Source: Myxococcota bacterium
Lineage (GTDB): Bacteria; Myxococcota; JACRCW01
DNA length: 46,490 nt
NCBI GenBank assembly: GCA_040752415.1
Contig: JBFMGU010000059.1
Location: 1-46,490, forward strand
Direction: 5' to 3'
Below the pieces are notes generated by a model. That model was given only the letters and a program-made list of their open reading frames with translations. It had not been told where the DNA came from and did not search any database. Of this stretch, positions 36,962-45,158 are shown in pieces (position 1 is the stretch's first letter; the number at the start of each line of letters is the position of its first letter). The position numbers and the translations under genes were made by a program.

Positions 36962-38230
36962 CTAAGGGCACGCGGGTCGGGGCTGACACTGACCGGGTTC
37001 GGTCCCTCCCGCGCCCTCGCAGTACCCGCTCACGCACTCGTCAGCCTGGCGGCAGGCCTCCCCGTTCGCGAGGCCGCTCGTGCAGCGCGGTCCATCCCCG
37101 GCATCCAGGCATCTCCCCTCCGCGCACCGCGTGGGATGCTCACACAACTCTTCTCCGCACGCGTTGGGAGAGCAGGGCTCACCCAGGCGCGCCGGTGCGC
37201 GACATTCACATGACGTCGGGTGGAACGCGTCACTGGCCATACCGAACTCCGCATACGCTTCTGGCGCGCAGGTGTGCCCATCCAGGCAGGGAGCGCCCGC
37301 GCCGGGGAATGCGGATACAGCCTGGCAGGTGCCCGTGGGAGCGTCGGGGGTGGGGAAGACGCACGCGCTGGCGCAATGCGGGTCATCCGGCGCGCGAGTG
37401 CATGTTGCGCCGTCCGCGAGAAGGTCCTGACACGTTCCCGACGCCTGGCCTTGCGCCGTGATGCATTGCAGCCCCATCAAACACGGCGGCTGCTCGCCGC
37501 CACACGCGGTGCCCGCCTCCGCCATCGCCTGGCACGTCATGTTGCCCTGCGGCCCCGCGCAGAGGTGCATCCCGATGCATTCGTTGGCCTGGCAGGTCTC
37601 TCCCCGTCGTCGAGCGGGATGGATCACGCAGGTGCCTGAGCCGGCGCCTTCGAGCGCGCAAGAGTACGTCTCGCACTCCACGTCCTGCGCGCACGGCTCC
37701 CCCACGGCGCGGTACGGCTCACAGGGGACGCACGCCGTACCCTGGGGCTGGAGAGCGCAGTGCCTGCCCGGACGACACCACGGACGATTCTCCTCACATG
37801 TCTCCGCCACGCCAGCCGCAGGGACGAGCGCGTTGTGGCATTGCGCGACGATGGGGATCCCGCCGGAGGGGTGGTCGCATGGAAGGGTGTCGTATGCCTC
37901 CACGCACGCCTGTGCATCCGGCGGCGACACCGCGTAGTAGGGCGCATAGAATTCGTTGACGCTTCTTCCCAGATAGAGCGCCCAGCCGGGCACCCAGGCC
38001 CGTGCGTTCTCCTCGCACAGCGCGCGGGATCGGTGCTGTCGGCCGCGGGTCTCGGCGCAGCGCTCCTCGTACCCGCAGTGGGCAAGAAAGATCCGGGTGA
38101 AGAACTCCTCCACCGTCGTGGGAGCGGCCCCGCCGGACGAAGAGCTGGCCGAGCTGCCGGAGGAGTTGTCGGAGGGGGAGCATGCTGCCGCAAGCGCGAG
38201 GAGGATGCAGGGAAGCACGGAGTTTCGCAT
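36962..38230 (-). CDS. Cysteine-rich repeat lipoprotein
   Basis: Signal ending LAAAC; repeated GExC...C..G..C units. Alternative GTG start at 38236. Confidence 0.8.
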   Translation of the reverse strand: MRNSVLPCILLALAAACSPSDNSSGSSASSSSGGAAPTTVEEFFTRIFLAHCGYEERCAETRGRQHRSRALCEENARAWVPGWALYLGRSVNEFYAPYYAVSPPDAQACVEAYDTLPCDHPSGGIPIVAQCHNALVPAAGVAETCEENRPWCRPGRHCALQPQGTACVPCEPYRAVGEPCAQDVECETYSCALEGAGSGTCVIHPARRRGETCQANECIGMHLCAGPQGNMTCQAMAEAGTACGGEQPPCLMGLQCITAQGQASGTCQDLLADGATCTRAPDDPHCASACVFPTPDAPTGTCQAVSAFPGAGAPCLDGHTCAPEAYAEFGMASDAFHPTSCECRAPARLGEPCSPNACGEELCEHPTRCAEGRCLDAGDGPRCTSGLANGEACRQADECVSGYCEGAGGTEPGQCQPRPACP

Positions 38231-38264
38231 CCGCACTTCTTAGCATGATCCTAAGCGAATGCGA

Positions 38265-39386
38265 TCAGTGCGCCGGGACCGGCTTCTTCTTCGGCAGCAG
38301 CGACTCACCCCGACGGGTCCCACCCATCTCCTTGATGAGCCGCGACATGAGCCGCTTGCGTGCCGCGGCGCGCGCCGACTGGTTGCTCCCCAGCTTCTCC
38401 AGGTCCAGGCGCGCGCCCGCCATGCTGCCGTGTCCGCCGGAGCTGCCCGCGTTCAGCGGGTCCACAATCTCCCGCAACATCGTCACGCTCTTGCAGCGAC
38501 GGTCATTGACGCGGATGGAGATGTACAGGCTCCCGTCGAATTCACCGAACGCCAGGCCCCACTTGATGTCCTCGATGGTCATCAGGCGGTCCGCCATCTC
38601 CGCCACCAGGTCCGGCACGTAGACCTCACCCAGGTCCACCGCGGCCACCTGGTCATGGATGCGCACCCGGCGCAGCCCCTTGGCCAGCATGGCGAAGTAC
38701 TCGCGCGGGACCTGCGGGTGCTCGATGGCGCTGACCGTGGGCATGTCCGTCAGCGGCAGCAGGTACATGTACGCGTCCACGTCCAGGGGGCCCACTTCCC
38801 GGCCCAGGTCGCGGGTGTCGCTCTTGATGCCGTAGAACAGGGCCGTGGCCACCGCGGGCCTGGGCGTCACGCCGGCGGCGCGCAGGTAGCCGGTCAATAC
38901 CGTGCTGGTGGCGCCGTAGTCCCCGCCCACGTCGTGGAAGGCGGTCTCCTCGCTCTCGGGGCGCGCCGGGTGGTGGTCAATGCAGATGATGGGCAGGTCC
39001 ACCGGCGGGAGGCTGTGGTTGCCAATCTCCGGCTGGGTGTCCACCAGCCCCACCACGTCAAACTCGTCCAGCTTCACCCGGTGCACCGGCTGGACCGGGA
39101 TGCGCAGCTGCCGGACCATGGCCCGGTTCTCCGCCCGCCCGATCATCCCGCCGTACGCCAGGGTGACCTCCAGCCCCGCCGCGTCCTCCAGCAGCTGCCC
39201 CAACGCCCACGCGCTGGCCAGGCTGTCCGGGTCCGGGTTGTCGTGGGTCAGCAGCAGCGCCCGCTTCTTCCCGCGCACCAGCCCCAGCAGCTCCGCCACC
39301 TTGGGCTTCAGCGCTTCCAGCGCAGCCTGGGCCGGCCCCCGCACTTCTGGGGGGGAGGCGTAGACCTGGCGGGACGGTTCGGCCAT
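38265..39386 (-). CDS. DHH/DHHA1-family phosphoesterase (NrnA-like)
   Basis: THDNPDPDS, LVDT, IDHH, GATST, GIKSDT, GGHGSMAG. Confidence 0.9.
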   Translation of the reverse strand: MAEPSRQVYASPPEVRGPAQAALEALKPKVAELLGLVRGKKRALLLTHDNPDPDSLASAWALGQLLEDAAGLEVTLAYGGMIGRAENRAMVRQLRIPVQPVHRVKLDEFDVVGLVDTQPEIGNHSLPPVDLPIICIDHHPARPESEETAFHDVGGDYGATSTVLTGYLRAAGVTPRPAVATALFYGIKSDTRDLGREVGPLDVDAYMYLLPLTDMPTVSAIEHPQVPREYFAMLAKGLRRVRIHDQVAAVDLGEVYVPDLVAEMADRLMTIEDIKWGLAFGEFDGSLYISIRVNDRRCKSVTMLREIVDPLNAGSSGGHGSMAGARLDLEKLGSNQSARAAARKRLMSRLIKEMGGTRRGESLLPKKKPVPAH

Positions 39387-39607
39387 GGGGTGGTGCAACC
39401 TAGCAGCGTCCGCTTCCACGGCAACCCCCGAGCGTTGGTGGCGAGGGGGGCCGGGGTGCTTGCAACCGTTCGCGTGAGAGGCCATAAGGCGCCCGCTCCC
39501 GCTTTGCCTCACGCAGTCAAACAGGGGGGTGCGCCCTGGCCATGTCGGTTAGGGCGGTGGACCCAGCTTGCACCCACGGTGGTGTGAGCGGAAAGAAAGA
39601 CCAAGCA

Positions 39608-39811
39608 ATGCCAGTCGGTACCGTGAAGTGGTTCAATGACGCCAAGGGTTTCGGATTCATTGCGCGCGAGGGTGGGCCTGACGTGTTCGTCCACTTCTCC
39701 GCCATCACCATGGACGGCTTCAAGACCCTCCAGGAGGGCGCCCAGGTCGAGTTCGACGTGGTGCCCGGCAAGAAGGGCGAGCAGGCGCAGAACGTGCGTC
39801 TCGTGAAGTAA
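39608..39811 (+). CDS. Cold-shock protein (CspA family)
   Basis: [15 protein letters not shown] (RNP1) and DVFVHFSAI (RNP2); 67 aa. Confidence 0.97.
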   Translation: MPVGTVKWFNDAKGFGFIAREGGPDVFVHFSAITMDGFKTLQEGAQVEFDVVPGKKGEQAQNVRLVK

Positions 39812-39842
39812 GTCGTCCGCGCGCCAGACCGGCGTGTGAACC

Positions 39843-39882
39843 ACCCCCTGCTTGGAGCGCCAGGCAGGGGGTTCTTCTTTTT
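39843..39882 (+). terminator. Rho-independent terminator of the csp gene
   Basis: ACCCCCTGCTTGG-AGCG-CCAGGCAGGGGGT stem-loop followed by TCTTCTTTTT. Confidence 0.8.
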
Positions 39883-39914
39883 CTGGCCTCGCGGTGACGC
39901 AGTGCCCCATCGAG

Positions 39915-40076
39915 GGGAGAGGGAGAGGGAGAGGGAGAGGGAGAGGGAGAGGGAGAGCCCACGTGATCCGCATCAGCGCGTCAGGCGACCGTCGGTGTCA
40001 TCGGCAGCCTTGGCTGCCAGTGATCCCCCCCCGCCATCCGCTGATCCGCATCACGTGGGGAGAGGGAGAGGGAGGG
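39915..40076. repeat. (GGGAGA)7 tract, a 102-nt imperfect hairpin, then GGGAGA units resume
   Basis: Seven exact hexamers at 39915-39956; arms CCCACGTGATccgcATCAGCG (39958-39978) and CGCTGATccgcATCACGTGGG (40039-40059). Confidence 0.85.
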
Positions 40077-40140
40077 AAAGGCAGCCACCACGAGCCTTGG
40101 ACCGCGGGGAGTACGCCCCCTGCGGTGAGCCCGCCCCTGG

Positions 40141-40962
40141 TCACAGCACGCGTTCCGCGCCCTCCACGTCTTTCATGTGCAGCGCGCCCGGGTAGAACGA
40201 GCCCTCGATGACCGCACGCACCTTGGCCAGGACCTCGTCGCGCTGGCCGGGGGTGTAGCCGCGGGTGTCGATGGGCGGGTGGATGATGACCAGCGCGTCC
40301 CCGCGGTGGATCATGAGGTTGCCCGGCGGATAGAGCACGTCCGTCCCCACGAGCGTGACCGGCAGGATCTTGCACTGCTGCTCAATCGCCACCATCACCG
40401 CGCCCTTCTTGAACGGATCGAGGGTGGGGCCCCTGCTGCGCGTCCCTTCTGGGAAGATCACCACGCTCCGCCCGGTGGCCATGCGGTGCGCCACCGTGGC
40501 CATCCGGCGACGCGCGTCCGCCCTGTCGCTGCGGTCGATGCCCACGCTGCGCCCCAGGATGAGCGCCTGCCCGATGAGCGGCACGTACTCCAGGCTCTTC
40601 TTGTGCACCGCCACCGGCGTCAGCGGCAGGGAATGCGCCAGGACGGGAACGTCCAGGTGGCTGCGATGGTTGGCGCAGACGATGTAGGGCGTGGCGGGGT
40701 CAATGTTCTCCACGCCCCGACGGTAAACGCGGATGCCGAAGCCCTTGAGCAACCCCTTGGCCCAGCGCCGCAGCCAGAAGGTGGCTACGCGCTTGCCCAT
40801 GTTGTCCGGGCTGAAGATGACGGGGAAGAAGGAGCCCAGCACCCCCGCCAGCGGCAGGAACACCAGCGGCCAGCAGCCGAGGAAGTTCCACCAGAAATGA
40901 CGCCACCAGTAGCCCAGGGTGCGTTTCTCAGGCGGGGTGTGGACGGAAGCGGGAACGGTCAT
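40141..40962 (-). CDS. plsC: 1-acyl-sn-glycerol-3-phosphate acyltransferase (PlsC family)
   Basis: NHRSHLD (HX4D), IDRSDR, FPEGTRS, PFKKGA. Confidence 0.88.
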   Translation of the reverse strand: MTVPASVHTPPEKRTLGYWWRHFWWNFLGCWPLVFLPLAGVLGSFFPVIFSPDNMGKRVATFWLRRWAKGLLKGFGIRVYRRGVENIDPATPYIVCANHRSHLDVPVLAHSLPLTPVAVHKKSLEYVPLIGQALILGRSVGIDRSDRADARRRMATVAHRMATGRSVVIFPEGTRSRGPTLDPFKKGAVMVAIEQQCKILPVTLVGTDVLYPPGNLMIHRGDALVIIHPPIDTRGYTPGQRDEVLAKVRAVIEGSFYPGALHMKDVEGAERVL

Positions 40963-41056
40963 GGCGTGACGAGCGCGGGCATGTACACGGGGTGCACCCC
41001 CGCTGCCAACGGATGTTCCATTGCACGCCTCCCGCACGCTGCTATGAGCCCGCGCC

Positions 41057-43954
41057 ATGACGACCTCCCGCACCCTCCGCCTGATGCTGGCGCTCCTGCT
41101 GGCGGCCTGCTCCTCGTCGAAGTCCCAGGAGAAGCCCGCCCCGGCCCCCGCCGCCCCCGCGCCCGCCACCGACGACCCCACGCTCGGCTTCGAGCGCTAC
41201 ACGTTGAAGAACGGGCTGACGGTGATCCTGCACGAGGATCACCGCGTGCCGGTGGTGGCGGTGGACGTCTGGTACCGCGTGGGCAGCTTCCATGAGGCCA
41301 AGGGTCGCAGCGGTTTTGCGCACCTGTTCGAGCACCTCATGTTCCAGGGCAGCCGCCACGTGGGCGACGACCAGCACTTCCGCATGATGGAGGAGGTGGG
41401 CGCCAACGACCTCAACGGCACCACCGACTTTGACCGCACCAACTACTTCCAGACCGTCCCGCGCGAGGAGCTGCCGCTGGCGTTGTGGCTGGAGAGCGAC
41501 CGCATGGGCTACCTGCTGGACACGCTCACGCAGAAGAAGCTCGACAACCAGCGCAGCGTCGTCAAGAACGAGAAGCGGCAGTCCATTGACGGCGCGCCCT
41601 ACGGGCTGGCGTACCTGGCCCTGTTCCACGCGCTGTTCCCCGAGGGGCACCCGTACCGCGACACGCCCATTGGCCGCTTCGAGGACCTCAACGCCGCCAC
41701 GCTCGAGGACGTGCGCCAGTTCTTCCTGCGCTACTACGCGCCCTCCAACGCCACGCTGACGCTGGCTGGGGACTTCGATCCGGCGGTGGCCAAGGCGCTC
41801 ATCGAGAAGGCGTTTGGTGGCCTGGCGGCGCGCGAGCAGCCGGTGACGCCCACGGTGGTGACGCCGGCGCTGAGCGGGGAGACGCGCCAGGTTGTCGACG
41901 AGCCGGTGGCGCCGCTTGCGCAGGTCACGCTGGCCTACCTGTCTCCGCCCGCCTTCGCCCCCGGCGACACCGAGCTGGACGTGCTGGAGACCATCCTGAG
42001 CGCGGGCAAGGGAAGCCGGCTGTACCGCGCGCTGGTGGAGACGCAGCTGGCCCAGCGCGTGAGCGCGGACCAGGAGAGCTACCTGGCCACGGGCATCTTC
42101 TCCCTGACGGCGGGCGTGACGCCGGGACACACCGCCGACGAGGTGGAGAAGGCCATGGACGCGGTCATCACCCAGCTGGCCACCGAGGGGCCCACCGCCG
42201 AGGAGGTGGCGCGCGCGAAGAGTCGACTGGAGCTGGCGCTGCTGATGGGGCTGGAGCGTGTGGGGGGCCTGGGAGGTCGCGCGGAGCTGCTGCAGACCTA
42301 CCACCTCTTTGCCAAGGACCCGGGCTACCTGCCCAAGCACCTTGCCGAGCTGCGCGCGGTGACGCCGGAGAAGGTGCGCGACGTGGCGCGCCGGGTGCTC
42401 CGTCCCGACGCACGCGTGGTGCAGCACGCCATCCCGCGCAAGGACGCCAATGCCGCCGCCGCCGCGGAAGCCGGGCCCCCGCCCGCCGAGGAGGACTCCG
42501 GTCACCCGCAGCTCCCGCCCGCGGACCCCTGGCGCGCCCAGCCGCCCGAGCCGCTGCCCACCAAGCTGGCGAGCCTGCCGGTGGCCCAGCGCGAGGTGCT
42601 GGAGAACGGGCTCACCGTGCTGGCGGTGCCGCAGCGGGGATTGCCGCTGGTGAGCCTGATGCTGGTGAGCCGGCACGGTGGCGTCATGGATCCGCAGGGC
42701 AAGGAAGGTCGCGCCACGCTGGCCACGACGATGCTCACCGAGGGCATGGACGGGGTGGACGCGGCAACGCAGGCAGACCGCTTTGCCGACCTGGGCACGC
42801 AGCTGCACGTGCGCACGAGCCTGGAGACGAGCTCGGTGGGGGCGGTGGTGCATCGTCGGGACCGGGATGGGGCGTTGGCGTTGCTGTCCCGCACGCTGGC
42901 GGCGCCCACGTTCTCGGCGGACGCGTTTGGTCGGGCGCAGACCCGCGCCGTCACCGGGCTGCGCGAGCGCCTCCACGACCCCATGGGCGTGGCCATGCAC
43001 CTCATGACACGCGCCGGTGCGGGGGAGCACCCCTACGGTCGGCCGCGCGAGGGGACGCTGCCGGGGTTGCAGGCGGTCACCGTCGACGACGTGAAGGCGG
43101 CGCACGCCGCGGCGTGGACGGCGCGGAACATGGCCCTGGTGGCCGTGGGTGACATCACGCTGCAGGAGGCGGTGGCGCTGGCACGGACGCACCTGGGGGC
43201 GGTGGCGCAGGGGGAGGCGCTGACGGCGTTGCCGAACGCACCCGCCGCGCGCAAGCGCGAGGCCATCTGGGCGGTGGACCTGCCGGGCAGCCCGCAGACG
43301 GTGGTGCTGCTGGCGCGGCCCAGCGTGGGAGCGCAGGACCCCGACGAGCCGGCGGTGACGCTGATGAACGCGGCGCTGGGCGGCAACTTCAGCAGCCGAC
43401 TGAACCTCAACCTGCGCGAGGACAAGGGAATCACCTACGGCGCGTTCTCCTTCACGGCGTCGTTGCGACAAGGCGGGGTGCTGGTGGCCATGGCGCCGGT
43501 GCAGTCGGACGCGGTGGGCGTGGGCGTGCGCGAGGCGTTCAAGGAGGTGGCGGGCATGAGTGAACGCCCGGTCACCGACGAGGAATTGAAGCTGGCGAAG
43601 GACAGCAACAGCCGCTCATTGCCGGGCCAGTTCGAGAGCGTGCAGGGGACGGCGGGGGCAATGGCGTCGTTGTTCGCCGCGGACCTGCCGCTGGACTACT
43701 ACGCCACGCTGCCGGGCCGGTACGCCGCGGTGACGCGCGAGGACCAGGTGCGACTGGCGCGCGCCATGCTCAAGCCCGACGAGATGCAGCTGCTCTTGAT
43801 TGGTGACCGCAAGGCGGTGGAGGCGGCGGTGACGCAGGAGAAGCTGGGGACGATCCTGTGGCTGGACAGCGAGGGGAAGCCGCTCCCGGTGGCTGCGCCG
43901 GCACCCGCCGCGCCCGCGCCCGCTCCGACGGGGAAGAAGAAGGGGAAGCGCTGA
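41057..43954 (+). CDS. M16-family (pitrilysin/insulinase) zinc metallopeptidase, lipoprotein
   Basis: Lipobox LAAC; TLKNGLTVI, GFAHLFEHLMFQGS (HxxEH); second half FSSRLNLNLREDKGITYG. Confidence 0.95.
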   Translation: MTTSRTLRLMLALLLAACSSSKSQEKPAPAPAAPAPATDDPTLGFERYTLKNGLTVILHEDHRVPVVAVDVWYRVGSFHEAKGRSGFAHLFEHLMFQGSRHVGDDQHFRMMEEVGANDLNGTTDFDRTNYFQTVPREELPLALWLESDRMGYLLDTLTQKKLDNQRSVVKNEKRQSIDGAPYGLAYLALFHALFPEGHPYRDTPIGRFEDLNAATLEDVRQFFLRYYAPSNATLTLAGDFDPAVAKALIEKAFGGLAAREQPVTPTVVTPALSGETRQVVDEPVAPLAQVTLAYLSPPAFAPGDTELDVLETILSAGKGSRLYRALVETQLAQRVSADQESYLATGIFSLTAGVTPGHTADEVEKAMDAVITQLATEGPTAEEVARAKSRLELALLMGLERVGGLGGRAELLQTYHLFAKDPGYLPKHLAELRAVTPEKVRDVARRVLRPDARVVQHAIPRKDANAAAAAEAGPPPAEEDSGHPQLPPADPWRAQPPEPLPTKLASLPVAQREVLENGLTVLAVPQRGLPLVSLMLVSRHGGVMDPQGKEGRATLATTMLTEGMDGVDAATQADRFADLGTQLHVRTSLETSSVGAVVHRRDRDGALALLSRTLAAPTFSADAFGRAQTRAVTGLRERLHDPMGVAMHLMTRAGAGEHPYGRPREGTLPGLQAVTVDDVKAAHAAAWTARNMALVAVGDITLQEAVALARTHLGAVAQGEALTALPNAPAARKREAIWAVDLPGSPQTVVLLARPSVGAQDPDEPAVTLMNAALGGNFSSRLNLNLREDKGITYGAFSFTASLRQGGVLVAMAPVQSDAVGVGVREAFKEVAGMSERPVTDEELKLAKDSNSRSLPGQFESVQGTAGAMASLFAADLPLDYYATLPGRYAAVTREDQVRLARAMLKPDEMQLLLIGDRKAVEAAVTQEKLGTILWLDSEGKPLPVAAPAPAAPAPAPTGKKKGKR

Positions 43955-43961
43955 GTCCGGG

Positions 43962-44834
43962 TCAGTGGACCTGGGTGAAGCGGGAGAGCAGGGAAGCGGT
44001 GGTGGTCGGAAGCCTATTCCTGCCGCTCCAAGACGCAGAATGCGCCGGGTCACTCGTGGCCGATGAGGCCTCGGGCGCCAGCCCATGGACACCAAGCTCC
44101 GCAGCACCGCCCAGGGTGTTTCGTTGAGGCTGCGGTGCCGCCCAAGAGACCGCAGCGGTCGCCAGCCCATGGACACCAAGCTCCGCGACGCCGCCCAAGC
44201 TGTTACGTTGAGTGGGCGGTGCCGGCCTCGAGACCGCTGCGGGCGCCAGCCCTTTGGGAGTGCGGTCTGAAATACCGCTTTGGTTCGTGAGCAGCGGCTC
44301 CAGAGCGGGCTGATACTCGTCGTACACGTTCACCCGGTCGGTCTTGAACGTCCTCAGCCTCGCGGCAAACCCTGGGAACTTCTCCTCGACCTCCCGCGCC
44401 GAGCACCACGGGTACTCCGCCGGCGACGCCACCAGCCCGTGCTTCACCGGGTTGAACATCACGTAGCGAAGCCGCGCGAGATAGGAACGCTGAAACGTCA
44501 GCGTCGAGTCCCAGTAGTTGAAGAAGACCTGCCTGCCCGGCGCATTGTCCATGCCGTTGAGCTTGGTGCTCAGGTCGCGGTGGACCTCCTTCAACACCTC
44601 TCCAGCCGTGGATGACGACGGGCCCGGTGACGCGACGAGATGATAGTGGTTGGAAAAGAACGTCCATGCCTCGACGCGCCATCCGTCACAGGCGAACGCG
44701 TCAAGGACGCTGTCGCGCAGAAGGTCCAGACGGTCCCACGTGCGGAAGTAATGGCGCCGCCCATAGGTTCCCGTCGTCACGAAGTACTCCCCGCGATGAT
44801 CCGAGAAGTGCGGGGGTGAATGCAGCCAGGCCAT
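43962..44834 (-). CDS. rayT: REP-associated tyrosine transposase (RAYT/TnpA-REP, Y1 HUH family); frame reads through the downstream repeat array
   Basis: GAGGA RBS; YFVTTGT, HUH motif NHYHL, YWD, catalytic Tyr in YVMFNPVKHGLV..P.EYPWCS; flanked by inverted REPs. Confidence 0.9.
   Translation of the reverse strand: MAWLHSPPHFSDHRGEYFVTTGTYGRRHYFRTWDRLDLLRDSVLDAFACDGWRVEAWTFFSNHYHLVASPGPSSSTAGEVLKEVHRDLSTKLNGMDNAPGRQVFFNYWDSTLTFQRSYLARLRYVMFNPVKHGLVASPAEYPWCSAREVEEKFPGFAARLRTFKTDRVNVYDEYQPALEPLLTNQSGISDRTPKGLAPAAVSRPAPPTQRNSLGGVAELGVHGLATAAVSWAAPQPQRNTLGGAAELGVHGLAPEASSATSDPAHSASWSGRNRLPTTTASLLSRFTQVH
44077..44282. repeat. Left array: units starting GCCAGCCC at 44077, 44161 and 44245 (84-bp period), ending in a 48-bp REP (44235-44282)
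   Basis: Two degenerate 84-bp units, each with internal hairpins; terminal REP 46/48 identical to the reverse complement of the right-hand copies. Confidence 0.88.
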
Positions 44835-44983
44835 GGATGTTGTCCTCGAGCGCGGGCCTGTACGTGCGCGCACGAGGAAGTGGAAGGAGAACCGCCGAGA
44901 ACCGCCGCAGTGTGCGACGCGGTCTCAGCTTGGTGCCAGTGCGGGACGCCCGGTGAGAGCCTGGTTGGACGAGTTGTCTGATT

Positions 44984-45108
44984 CAAAGCGGTATTGCAGA
45001 CCGCACTCCCAAAGGGCTGGCGCCCGCGGCGTTCTCGCGAGGCGACACCGACACCCGACGCAAAGCGGTATTGCAGACCGCACTCCCAAAGGGCTGGCGC
45101 CCGCGGCG
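44984..45108. repeat. Right array: two identical 48-bp REP copies (44984-45031, 45061-45108) with a 29-nt linker
   Basis: CAAAGCGGTATTGCAGACCGCACTCCCAAAGGGCTGGCGCCCGCGGCG twice; hairpin GCGGT-N7-ACCGC. Confidence 0.92.
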
Positions 45109-45158
45109 CGCGCCCGGCGTGTTGAACCCACCCGCAGGCGCACGCTAACTGCCTCCCC

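Noticed and set aside
39836..40211. Small ORFs with ERERER, GRGRGR, LPLPLP or PSPSPS runs
   Set aside because: Translations of the GGGAGA tract overlapping a terminator; no RBS or coding signal.
43962..44834. IS200/IS605 element with TnpB
   Set aside because: No tnpB; symmetric inverted REPs and NPVKHGL/YPWCS motifs fit RAYT.
44984..45108. Mini-CRISPR array (48-bp repeats, 29-nt spacer)
   Set aside because: Only two copies; an inverted third copy lies across the RAYT gene; the spacer resembles the left array; no cas genes. REP explains it better.
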